Notes under the pieces: model-generated
What the model was told of the DNA's origin: nothing
Databases searched by the model: none
Seen by the model: the letters and a program-made list of their open reading frames with translations, nothing else
Program-made: the position numbers and the translations under genes
Shown here: in pieces, positions 12,785 to 24,273 of the stretch
Layout of the letters: each line of letters begins with the position of its first letter
Numbering within the stretch: the stretch's first letter is position 1
Origin: Owenia fusiformis
Taxonomy: Eukaryota
NCBI GenBank assembly: GCA_903813345.2
Contig: CAIIXF020000001.1
Coordinates: forward strand, 30,318,001 to 30,382,000
Direction: 5' to 3'
Length of the DNA: 64,000 nucleotides

Positions 12785-13695
12785 TTATCCTGTGCCAGGA
12801 CTACAGTCCTGGACCGAGCTCAATCTTTTGCCTGTACGATAACAACTTGGGAGAATTATCTACGCCCCTTACACTTAAGGTGCTATGGAAGTTAACAGGA
12901 AATGACAAAACAGGAAGTGACAATTTTTTTGCATTTTTAGATATTTTTTGAATAAAGATAACAGAGTTATGGTTTGACCTCCAGTCAATTTAACTATTTC
13001 CACATATCATTTACATGACCAGGATCACAATGTGCATGGTCAAAATGACCCTAAACATGATGAAATAACCTTTTTAGCCCTTTGAAAGTGTGACTGAAAA
13101 AAAGCTAAAAGTAGGAGCGTAGGGATAGTCACTGAAGAGAATCTTTTGAATTTTTCAGAAAATGTGCCCAATATAATGCTCTAACTAGTACAATCTTTGA
13201 AATTTTAGAAAATTGTCTTAAACATAAATGGCGGTCATAAAAAGGAAAATAGATCGCTTTTCAAATCATTTTTTTCATTTTTTTTCTTTTTCTATGAATG
13301 ATATCAAATTTTCAAAGATTGTATCATTTAGAGCAATATATTGGGCACATTTTCTGAAAAATTCAAAAGATTCTGTTCAGTGACCTTACCTACGCTCCTA
13401 CTTTTAGCTTTTTTTCAGTCACACTTTCAAAGGGTTAAAAAGGTTATTTCATCATGTTTAGGGTCATTCTGACCATCCACATTGTGATCCTGGTCATGTA
13501 AATGATATGTGGAAATAGTTAAATTGACTGGAGGTCAAACCAGAACTCTGTTATCTTTATTCAAAAAATATCTAAAAATGGAAAAAAATTGTCACTTCCT
13601 GTTTTGTCATTTCCTGTTAACTTCCATAGCACCTTAAGATACCTACTTCAATAGATTCCTTTGTATTTTAGCATTCTATTGTGTAGTTGATTTAT
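12785..13695. mobile_element. Truncated copy of the TTATCC-terminus MITE, host of the TTAA element
   Basis: Flanks match the arms of the element at 46488-47033. Confidence 0.8.
12879..13633. mobile_element. Palindromic MITE with TTAA TSD (Kolobok-like GG..CC termini)
   Basis: TTAA at 12875-12878 and 13634-13637; ggtgctatggaag..cttccatagcacc; near-perfect arms of about 330 bp. Confidence 0.9.
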
Positions 13696-13917
13696 AGACG
13701 CCATGCCTTCTTTCGTTCACAGATTTAATAGCACTGACCCTTTCGTAACTTTGCGAACGACTTCTAATTATTGTATTTTGTGATGTTTTGTCATTTTTTA
13801 ATCAGAGAAAGACTATGAGCAACACATCAAATCATTATCATCTTATTTCTATTTCTTTCAATCTTTATCTTTATGCAACTTATCGTACAACTTTGATTTT
13901 ATTAAAACATGTTTGTT

Positions 13918-15315
13918 CATGGGCTTTCAATTAGAAGGGTATACAACTCTGTGTAATAAACATGAGACCTTCAAAATGAGCAATGCCATGCTTCGCTTTT
14001 ATGGTAATATTTCAAAAAGTATTAGATATTTGTATATGTCTTAGTATTATTTTGAATATTTAATCAATTTCCAATATGATTAAAGCATAAAATATATTGA
14101 ATCTCATGTAAAAGTAAACAAAAAAGACCAATAAGAGTAAGAGTTATCAAGATGTTCTCTTTGAGTATTGCATTGTGGGTAATTATTCAGGAACACATTC
14201 CAATAAAAACATAATTTGTGGGAGAATGTTCACTTTCTGTGTTGTCATAATTCTCCTTTTCGCGGTTCGCTCTTTGAATCAGAACGTTCGCAAATATGCA
14301 CTGAAAAAGCACTCAAAAAGGACAAAATCTGATTGGTCAATATTTTCCCACTATGCATTTCGCGTAGCTATTTGCGTGACACGAAAGTTCTAAATCAAAC
14401 TAATTACTGAATTTGTTTTTACACCCGCACGCTAAATAAAACAATGACACCATCGTAAGTATTCTTCTTTGTCATTGCTTTAATAGTCAGTATACCGAGT
14501 TTAATCAATAAAAGATTGTACAATGAACAACAAAATTCGGAAACGAGTACTATAGATTTGCTTTCGGACCACTGAACAGATTGACCTAGATAATAGCGAC
14601 GCGTCTTCTTTGGTCTACTGCTCAGTTGTTTGTGGGTTTTCAACGTAACTCTATAATGTAATTTGAAGATGAATACTTTTATTCAGTTGTTGCATCGATG
14701 TCGCAGTTTGTAGTGCGGTAAGATTGGCATGAAAGTATTGAAAGTCGAATGGAATTGTTTTTTTCCAATATGGCGACTAGTCTACTGATCACGTGACCTT
14801 CTCTTCCGGAATATTTTCTCACTTTTCAATCATCGTTTTCACCACGCTATGAATTAATACAATGATAAAAATAGCTGTTATATTAAGATTAATGAGAGAT
14901 CAATCGTTTCTAATAATTTTTTCTGTACTCTCGTACGGGAATATGAACGAATATATCGTTTGAAAAATAGGTGTGAAAATCCCCATGTTAAACCTATGAC
15001 GGAAAATAAGGAAGTATAAATTTGTTCCTCCACGAACTGCACCATGGGAAATATTTTGCCCTTATAAGGAAAGATTTTCGCGTCTTCTCTTTTGAAGAGG
15101 GAACAACGATTTCGAGAATTATGATGAATTCCATTTTTTATTAAATTATCAACATGTATGTAGATGATCATGTTTTTATTTTTGAGTTATTTCTTTAAAT
15201 CATCCATAAAAAGAACAAAATAATATTTTCTTGGAATGTGTACATTCTCCTATTTTGAAAACCCAAAGGCAATGAAATATGGGAAGTTGCCTACCCTTCT
15301 AGTTGAAAGCCCATG
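13918..15315. mobile_element. Non-autonomous P-element-like DNA transposon (1.4 kb)
   Basis: 24-bp TIR catgggctttcaa(t/c)tagaagggta with 1 mismatch; 7-bp TSD GTTTGTT (13911-13917, 15316-15322); CATG termini. Confidence 0.85.
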
Positions 15316-16890
15316 GTTTGTTGTACTATCTAGAGTACCTGTCCTGACAACGGTTTAATATGACGTCAACTCATTCATAAACTTATCTCTAAACAATTGA
15401 AAAAATTATAAATGACTTACAAATGTGTTCAGAAATGATCCATTTGCAAATTTATGAAATCATAACTCATTCGTAACTTTTAAATTATTTACGAATATTA
15501 ATAAATTTACGAATTGCAAATGTTCGTTTCTATATTATTTATATCTCAGTCAGTAGAGCATCAGAAATTGAAAGAAAGTGTGCTAAATACAATGTCCTGT
15601 GTGGAAATCGAACGTAGGAGTAAGGGTTCAAGTCAAAAAAAGCTGCCTACAATAAGATTCATAATTCCATTGAGTACTTTGAATCTAAAAAACAAGCAAT
15701 CAAATGACCGCATTGCAACAGTATATGAAACGAGATACATGTATGTACAAAACCTAACTTTTGTCTATTTCAAATAGTTTTGTATAATTTCTTACCTCTC
15801 AAATTTGGATTTAAATCGGGAGAAATCCCGACTATTGTCCTGCCACAGGATAAGTCTAGACTTCTGATTTTGAATTGGAGACATTGCATTATTTCATCTG
15901 GGATAAATATCACTGGTCTGCTATACTCAGCAGTTTTTCAATGTAAAATGTTAGATTTTTAACTTATTTTCAGAGTAATCTTGATCCCTTTCCTCTCAGA
16001 TGAGTTTATGCTGTACAAGTTAACATCACTGAAGCTGCCTGAGTCACAACTGGTGAAACAGGAACAGTTACAATACACTATGCTGATAAACTATTAGAGT
16101 TATACCCATAGGGGACAATTTGGATCCGTAAGTGATCAATTCACCCTATTTTATTGCATACAAAATTCATGAGGTCACACTCTGTATTATGTAATGTCTG
16201 TAGAGTTAACCCCCTCGTGATCAAATCTCCTTGCAACACTATCGCCATAATTGTATTTCACATGAAAGTCTCATCAGAAAAACATGATCCACCAGGAACA
16301 AAATCCATCCAAAACGATGTTGTGTTTTTAATTTCATTCATTGCAGAATAACTCAAGACTGATATAATTACGGTACATTTTGATTTCCAGATTCAGGACA
16401 CTTGGAGAAGAGGATTGGTCACAACTTCTGCTTGATTCTGTTTGAAAAACATATGATGATGACCCTACAGGAAGATGAATGAAAGTTTGTAAAGTTGTGA
16501 ACCTGCATATGACTGTTTATGAAACAAAACAGATATAACCAAAGACAGACATGTTAGTGGATAAATAGGCTAAGTCCTGTTTGAGAATCAAACCTGTGTA
16601 ATCTCAATTTTATGTGTGATGCTTCACCACCTAAATTGCCAATGCCTAGTGTAGAATAGGTTGCTTCTTTGGGATCTGACACTATATAGCTGATAACTGA
16701 ATCATTGTCACTACCTAAATAGGACTCAAGACTTATTTTGCCAAACAAGACTTGTGCCAGTTCAAAATATGTGAGAAAGGTTAAATCAAGTGTGTATTTT
16801 GTAAAATATTTTTACAAATTTGTAACACTTACACAGACTTTGGGCAAGCTAATAACTACTCAATCTTATTTTTTACTTCTAAAATTGAAA

Positions 16891-18300
16891 ATGAGTAACA
16901 TATACATTCAGGAGCCTCCAACAAATGGGAAGGTTTTAGTTGTGACATCATGTGGTGATATAGACATTGAATTGTGGTCAAAGGAAACACCAAAAGCAGC
17001 TCGAAACTTTATACAATTATGCTTAGAGGGTTATTATGATGGAACCCTCTTTCACAGAGTTATTCCTGACTTTATTGTCCAAGGTGGTGACCCAACAGGC
17101 ACAGGAGAAGGTGGCGAGTCAGTATATGGGAAACCATTCAGGGATGAGTTTCATTCAAGGTTGAGGTTTGTTAGACGGGGCTTAGTTGCCATGGCGAATG
17201 CTGGACAACATGATAATGCTAGCCAGTTCTTTTTCACACTTGGTGCAACTCCAGAGCTTAACAATAAGCACACAATATTTGGAAAGGTTGGTGGTCAGAC
17301 AGTGTATAACATGATACGTTTGGCTGAGGTTGACATTGGAAGTGATGATAGACCTAGACATCCTCACAAGATCATAAAAACTAAAGTCTTGCATAACCCT
17401 TTTGATGATATAGTTCCAAGAGACAAAGTCAAGAAAACCATTGAGTCTGAAAAGAAAAAGAAGAAAAGTCAATCAAAAGCCACTAAAAACTTTAATCTGT
17501 TGTCCTTTGGGGAGGAGGCAGAGGAAGATGAGGTTGAAGTCAATGTAGCCACAAAGCATCTTGGTCAGAAGAAAGGGGGAAAGAGCAGCCATGAGCTTAC
17601 AGATGATCCAAAACTCAGTGCCCAGCCTGCTATGGAACTTGTGGAGCTTGATATAGATAGGGATCAGAAGAGAAAGGCAAACTCTGACAGTGATGAAGAA
17701 TCTAAAGCAGAAATGAAGGAAATGATTAAAAAGAAATTGAAGAAAGACAAAGAAGAAATGAAAAAAGAAGAGCCAGAGAGAAAAACTCACACTAGAAGTG
17801 AAGAACTGAGAGAGGAAGTGAGGCAGTTACAAAAAGAACTGAGTAAAGCAAAGAAAAAGAAACTGAAATCACAAGATGAATCACCAACAAAAAAAGAGGA
17901 AGAGTCATCACAACCAACTCATCCCCTCAAGAATGATCCTATGGCTGAATTCCGGGAGCAGAGGAAAAAATTCAAAGAATTGAAAAAATCCCAGGCTAGG
18001 AAGGGTGCAGGAAGAGAGGCTCAAACTATGGCTCTACTTTCCAAGTTTCAAAACAAACTACATGCTGCAGTTGAAGCATCCGAGGACCAGGAAGAGGAAA
18101 AGTCTGGAGAGGAAATAAAGGATACAGATGATTCTTGGTTAGCCCACAAACTTGTATGTGACACAAAAGATGGTAAAGTATTGGATGCAAATGTTGATGA
18201 CTCTGACCGTTATGAGATCTTTGATCCAAGAAATCCAATGAACAAAAGGCGCAGAGAAAGTAATAAAAAGTCAGAAGCAAGTGGAGGGAAAAGGAAGTAA
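16891..18300 (+). CDS. CWC27: Spliceosome-associated cyclophilin-type PPIase-like protein CWC27 (469 aa), intronless CDS
   Basis: Typical start MSNIYIQEPPTNGKV; cyclophilin domain (FHRVIPDFIVQGGDPTGTGEGGES, FHSRLRF.RRGLVAMAN); KATKNFNLLSFGEEAEE motif; charged coiled-coil region; C-terminal DPRNPMNKRRRE. AATAAA at 18793. Confidence 0.96.
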   Translation: MSNIYIQEPPTNGKVLVVTSCGDIDIELWSKETPKAARNFIQLCLEGYYDGTLFHRVIPDFIVQGGDPTGTGEGGESVYGKPFRDEFHSRLRFVRRGLVAMANAGQHDNASQFFFTLGATPELNNKHTIFGKVGGQTVYNMIRLAEVDIGSDDRPRHPHKIIKTKVLHNPFDDIVPRDKVKKTIESEKKKKKSQSKATKNFNLLSFGEEAEEDEVEVNVATKHLGQKKGGKSSHELTDDPKLSAQPAMELVELDIDRDQKRKANSDSDEESKAEMKEMIKKKLKKDKEEMKKEEPERKTHTRSEELREEVRQLQKELSKAKKKKLKSQDESPTKKEEESSQPTHPLKNDPMAEFREQRKKFKELKKSQARKGAGREAQTMALLSKFQNKLHAAVEASEDQEEEKSGEEIKDTDDSWLAHKLVCDTKDGKVLDANVDDSDRYEIFDPRNPMNKRRRESNKKSEASGGKRK

Positions 18301-18487
18301 GCTGTTCAGGTGTTCACTGTTGATAATGGATTATTGCAGAAATGTCTTGTCCACTCAAGGAAGAGGAATTATGAGATTGTAACAATGGTGAAAAAGACTT
18401 TGAAGTAAACAATGAAATTTTATGTCCATTTCCATCAAAATGCCTTTAATGAAATTTTTATTATTGACCTCAGTTCATATAGATGTA

Positions 18488-18665
18488 CAGTAAAACCTGT
18501 CTTAATGAACACCTCTCTCTAGTGAACACCTGTCCCTAGTGGACACCCTTCCTATGCACATAGTCCACTGACTTCTGTATAAATTACCCTCTCTCTAGTG
18601 AACACCTACCTACAGTGAACGTTTTTTCTTGGCAAAAAAATGTTCACTATACACAAGTTTTACTG
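18488..18665. mobile_element. Tc1/mariner-pogo-type MITE downstream of the CWC27 stop
   Basis: TA-cagtaaaacctgt..acaagttttactg-TA. Confidence 0.75.
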
Positions 18666-18852
18666 TATCATGTAGTTCACAATAATATTATGTATTAATG
18701 ATGGATTAATTTGTCTGATGCTTTTAACAAATGGCATGAAACCTATAATTTCAGTATGAACAAAAACTTTGCAAGTTGAATTGTGCTCCTTTAATAAAAC
18801 ATTTTACAATGCTTTGCTAATAAGAAAATGGTTTGTGTATTTAATATTTGAG

Positions 18853-19250
18853 TATATAAAGAATCTTATCCTATGCCAAGTAAAGTTTTAGGGAGATAAG
18901 TTGGTAAGATATATCCCGTATCCTGATTTTGAGTTTTCCATATCCAGAACCTCCATATCTCCCGCCATATCTCCCGCTTCGGTGCATATCTTCCCGCTTC
19001 GGTGCATATCTTCCCGCATGACTTTGCATAAGAATGATTTGATTGTTTTTACACCTTGTACTATTGAAATGGCCATATGCACCTGAAACTCTACTTGGTA
19101 TAGGATAAAGCAGTTATGTACGGTCGGTTTGGATATTGGGTTCATCCCTCGTGAGATATGCATATCTACCTTCGGTCCCTCAGGTAGATATGCATATCTC
19201 CCTCTGGATAAACCCCATATCCAAAACCTCCCAGTACATAACCCTTATAT
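18853..19250. repeat. Double-hairpin repeat element
   Basis: Inverted pair 18866/19108 (ttatcctat.ccaagta.agttt) enclosing gcatatcttcccgcttcggt repeats, followed by a palindrome at 19113-19242. Confidence 0.65.
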
Positions 19251-19392
19251 ATTTCATATTGGAGGAAGTAGAAGGGATACAGAGTGCAAAATAACAAAAG
19301 CAAAGGGCCAGGTATGGTACGGTAAATGATTTTAGATAATCATCTTTGAACCCGAGTATTTTCCCCTCATGAATTCAACATGTCTCATTAAC

Positions 19393-19497
19393 TGTCCCAT
19401 CGAACGAAGTTTTGGAGGGATATAGGGAACGCCTCTGTCCATCCGTGCAATAACTCAAATACCGTTGGCCCGATTTTGTACATATTTTGTACACATA
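19393..19497. repeat. Truncated inverted copy of the end of the 603-1292 element
   Basis: Reverse complement of about 1181-1290 (cccatcgaacgaagtttggagggatatagggaacgcc). Confidence 0.8.
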
Positions 19498-19728
19498 TAC
19501 TCTATGAAGGTTTAGTGTGTTGAATGTTTTAAAAATTCCACTGGAAGTAAGTGTTCAAAAGATACAGCACTAGAGAATGTGGCAATTTCAAAATTCTAAA
19601 ATGATAAAAAGTTATGCATGATCAATACTTTGATGTTTAAAATATGATACAAAGGACTAAAAAAAATTGCAGATTACTCTCTAATAAGTTCAGGGATGGG
19701 AATTTCATCATTCATGTGTCTCAAATAT

Positions 19729-20105
19729 CACTGTTCCACAGCTGGATGACTCTAACTGCAGTTAACTTCATTGAAGATGGTTGCCAAACTTTCAATTTCG
19801 ATAAACCTCTGATTTCAGCTAAACTAAGTTGAATCTTGATTGTAAACAACCAAAGATAAATGCTCTAACAACTGTGATATGGGAGAATTTTAAAGAAGCT
19901 ATTTTCTTTCAAATTCTCTAATATCGCAGGTGTGTGGGCATTTATTTTTGTTTTTTAAGTCTCATTACTTTGTATGGCAAAACTTCATCAAATCAAGATT
20001 CAGCTTAGTTTAGCTGAAATCGGAGGTTTGTCGAAAACACAGAATTTCGTCAATCATCTTGAGTGAAGCTAACTGCAGTTAGAGTCATCCAGCTGTGGAA
20101 CAGTG
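19729..20105. mobile_element. Foldback MITE with CACTG..CAGTG termini
   Basis: cactgttccacagctggatgactctaactgcagtt arms; flanked by aaatat on both sides (TSD 6 bp, or 4 bp if the termini are one base longer). Confidence 0.8.
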
Positions 20106-20426
20106 AAATATGTTAAAATTTTGGGTATATCGCATTCAAGCATTTCCCTGCATGTATATTGTCAAGCAAAACTATTTTTCGTGCAGTTTTATTTCCTTTA
20201 TTTGAAATATATACATCTGTACATGGCATTGGCAATGCGTCTCAAAAGCATTTAGAATTCACAACTAGAAAATAGCAACTCCAGGGAGAAGCAAATCTAC
20301 ATGTACTGTTGAAAGCCCATGATACATCAGATAAATGTAGTTATGAATCACAATTTAAACATCATCAAGATCATCTTACTATAACAATGGAGTTTTACAT
20401 TGATCCATTTGGAAACATTCTATATT

Positions 20427-20792
20427 CTGTAGATTGGGTTAATTTGGTGTCCCCTTTAATTTGGTGAAATAGAAAAAATAACCAATTCACATCTTTGCCA
20501 AAATTTAGAAAGAATCCCCTGGAATTTTAAGGGAACTTCATCTGACTGTCTGACATGTCTGATGTTTTTCTATCACTTATTGAACAAACATCAATATGAT
20601 TGAGCATTTCCAAAGGGAATTCAATAAAATCATAGCTAATTTAAGTAGTTGAATTGAAGGAATAGGTGTAATAATCTGAATTTTATTCCAGTGCAATGTC
20701 CAAGCCCTAGTGTCCGCCAAATTAAATAGCCGCCAATATGCAAAAAATGGCAAAACTACCAAATTAAGTACACCAAATAACCCAATCTACAG
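20427..20792. mobile_element. MITE with ctgtagattgggtta TIRs
   Basis: ctgtagattgggttaatttggtg / caccaaataacccaatctacag. Confidence 0.7.
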
Positions 20793-21891
20793 TATCAAGA
20801 AATAAAGTGACTTTTGTTGACTAACACACATGCTGTCATCCATTTACTCATCTAAATAGAAAATGGTCAATTCAAAGTTTGGGTGGCTAGTTTTTATTTT
20901 TAATTTTGAAGGGCACACATCAGAAAGAAGGTACAACATACTGACAAATACTCTAAAGCAATAAAAGTGATAACACAATATTCTGATTACTTTGATTTGC
21001 TCTAAAATATCAGATCTGAATGTAATATAGTCATATACAAAATGTCCATATTATTTTGCGAATTCCCACATCAGAGGGCCATTTTGGATATTCCAAAGCA
21101 CAAATCAGAAAGGCGGTACAATATTTGCAATGTACATAAACTCTAAAATACATTTTATTTGATGGTAACAAAATCATGTTCCAGAGATATCTAAAAATTC
21201 CTGTATTTAGAGGGCCGAAAATTTTGTAAGGCCTCAAAAAATAGACCTTTTTGGGCATTATTTGGCCTTTTTGAAGGCCAAGTTACCAAACAAAAAATAG
21301 ACCTTTGAGTTTTTCAAATTTGGGCCAAATTGGGGCCTCAAAACAAAAATTGGGCCTAAATTTAAAAATTAAAGCCCAATTTTTGTATTAATGTCCCAAC
21401 ATTTTCCTTGACTCAAAATTTGGGCATAAATACATGTAGATATATTTTATGGATGTAATAACCACCAAAACACAAAAACTCAGTCAGTCAGTAATGAATA
21501 CTTACGTTGAAAAAGAAAAACCAAGGGCTTTACAACATCCCTGACAAACTTTGTTCTTTACTAGTAACTGCATTTTACTTTCAGCATTTTTACGTCTTTA
21601 ATACGCCACATTATACTAGAGTTTCTTATTCATAGGCCAATGGGTTTTTATTTGAAAGATGAGTACACCAAAAAAAAAAAAAACCTTCTTTTGAATGGCT
21701 TATGTTTTTTCTTTCTGACCGTTTTTAAATGCAACAATACCACTCCCGTACCTTTGTGATTATCAATTATGGACATGAAAATAACATTGGTCATGTTGGT
21801 TGGTGTTCAGGGTCAATTTACATTTAAATACAGTACATGTATGTTGAAAATAAAGTAAATAAATTAAAGTGTATGCAAATCTTGTATATTC

Positions 21892-22354
21892 ACTGGTCCC
21901 AACCAGACGTCATGTCTTTATAACAAGATATTTATATTTCATCGGAGGAAATTTTTATTTTCGTCATTTTCACCAAGAAGGAGGTCGATTGATATCCAAA
22001 TATTTTTGCTTATGTTAATAGCATCCGATTACTGAATAGCGAATCTGTCACAAGTATATACATCCGGCTCCAATAATCGAGTGAGAATTCCTCACTTCAG
22101 CAACCAGGAAATTAGGCCATAACATGTAGCAACCAAGACCTTATGAAATTCATTAGATAATGCCCTGGTTACCGAAGTGAGGAATTCTCACTTTATTATT
22201 GGAGCTGATGGATAGATTTTCAGTAACCGGATGTTACTAATAACATACGGGTAAAATATTTGGTTTCAATTCGAACTCCTTCTTGGTGAAAATGCTGAAA
22301 ATATAAATTTCTTCCGACTGAAGTTCATCCGTTTTGTTATGGGTGGGGACCAGT
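21892..22354. mobile_element. Degenerate palindromic MITE
   Basis: actggtccc..gggaccagt; inner arms ttttcaccaagaaggag/ctccttcttggtgaaaa and gagaattcctcacttc/gaagtgaggaattctc. Confidence 0.75.
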
Positions 22355-22567
22355 AGTATTGAATTTTTCATACAATTTATTAATTCAATTCAACATCCAC
22401 TAGCCTTGGAAATTAATGTTTCCCTTGTTACAAGTGCTTTGAAATATAAAGACCTCTGGAATTATTAGAGAGACTCTAGTATAGCATGTATGACAAAGAT
22501 AGGCAACTATTTATTAGGAACATGTTAAATACATCCATATATCTTGAATTTTGTCATTTATCAGTTT

Positions 22568-24273
22568 CTATTGGGTCTGATCTACATTAGTTGAAAAGAC
22601 AATAAATGGCTGCTGAACTTGTTGGGCAGTTTGGTCCTTTTGATATTGCGTACTAGATATAGTAACACAATCAGCAATTTGGCTCCCAGCCTCCATTGTT
22701 CTAGAATCTTCAGTCTGCATAATGTGTACAATATTTTTTGCAGCGGCAGCGTCTCTATCCTTCTTCTTCTTGGTATACTTATGATTTTGGACTTGTTTAA
22801 GACTTCGTGGAGCAACCACTTCAGGCTCCAATGTAATTTCTGATACCGGAAGTGCGCCTGCTGGTGAAGAGAGAACATTGAAGACTGAACTTGAAGTATT
22901 ATTTTCAGTTAGTGTTTTGATTTTGTGTAGCATTGATGGTCTTGTTCTCTGATGTTCAACAAATCTCTTTTTGCTGTTCCCATGTCCCATGGGCACATAA
23001 ACACTTTCATCCCCAAGATAGTGGACAAGTATCAGGGTATCATCAGATACCAAAGTATATTCCATTTTGCGAAAGGCACTTGATCCATGTTTCAGTGGTT
23101 TTCCATCTGGCCCTTGTGTTTTAATGTTAAATTGGATCTTTCTTACCCATGTTTTGGATCGGAGTCCTGTGTTCACCCAGTTGTAGCCATCACATCGCCA
23201 ATCTTTGTCATGTAAATGATTCCTGCTGAACACATACATTTCCCCTCCAAGAGGTTTCAACGGAGGTCGCAGTGAGATGATGGATTCATCCAAGTTGCTC
23301 AGGAAGGAAGCACATTCCCTGTTCACTAACATCCTGTTGTCATTCCCAATTAGTATAGCTCCGTTGCCCTTGTGAACAGGCTGGAAAGATGTATGCACTG
23401 ACTGCTCCACTATGTTTTCAGGAATAACTTCTGATATGACCTTAGCTGCTGCGTTATCAACTTCAGCTGTATTTTCAATTATAATTTCATCAGTGGGAAC
23501 TGCACTGACATCATTGGTGTCATCAACTGCAGTGTCTCCTCCTGCAGCTATGGTTTCATCATCAGGAGCAGCTGTAGTTTCATCAGCTACATGTGTGTCA
23601 TTATCAGAAGCAACTGCGTTATCAGTTTGTTGACTCTCCACTGATAATTCTTTTGTTGCATCTGAATCACTTGGTGTGGCTGCAAATGTATGATCACCGA
23701 TCAAGTGCAATGTACGACTCTCATTTGTCACTTTTTTTTGAACTCCAGAAGATGGAACTGAGGCAATTCGATTTGGGGCAGCCGGGTTGCGAAAGGCACT
23801 GAGTTCAACAGCTTGATCATCACCAATGTAGTGCACTAGAACCAAAGTGTCATCTTTCAGTAATGAGTATTCAAACTTCTTAAAGACACTGGATCCTAAT
23901 CTTAATGGCATTCCATCTGCTCTATATGCTTTAATGTAGTAAATACCTTTGGTAAGTGTTTTTGCTTGGGACTTGGTCTGCTTTTTCCAGTCATACCCAT
24001 CCAATCTCCACTCATGGTCAGTCATCTGGGTTGTATTAAATACAAACATGTCACCACCTTTGGGTCTGTTTGGGGGTTTAGTTGACACATTGACTTTATC
24101 AAAATTACGAAGATAAACTGTGTAAGAGCTCAAAGGCCACTCTGTGTTATCTTTTTCACAGATGATCGCCTCACCATCTATAAACAATTGTTTAGGATGT
24201 TCAACACGTAGACGTTTCTTTGTAGTCTGTAGTTCTGCTTCATCATCCATTAATAGGGCATCAGTGTCATCAT
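22568..24273 (-). CDS. Gene B terminal exon: two CG-1-like domains
   Basis: 1706-nt open exon with an internal duplication PPxxPxGGxMxVF..WRxDGYxW..GSSxFxKxEYxLxxDDTLxLVHYxGD (about 24178-23816 and about 23370-23006). Confidence 0.85.

Noticed and set aside
14419..15171. ORFs inside the P-like element as THAP/transposase remnants
   Set aside because: No C2CH THAP signature or transposase motif recognisable by eye
16738..16890. N-terminal extension of CWC27 in the ORF track
   Set aside because: Non-ATG start; the conserved protein begins at MSNIYIQEP (16891)
17182..18280. Antisense ORFs over CWC27 (similar ones overlap gene A, gene B and the LINEs)
   Set aside because: Shadow ORFs of biased coding sequence
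21631..21650. cataggccaa as an excision footprint of the CATAGG family
   Set aside because: Only a 10-bp match and no convincing TSD
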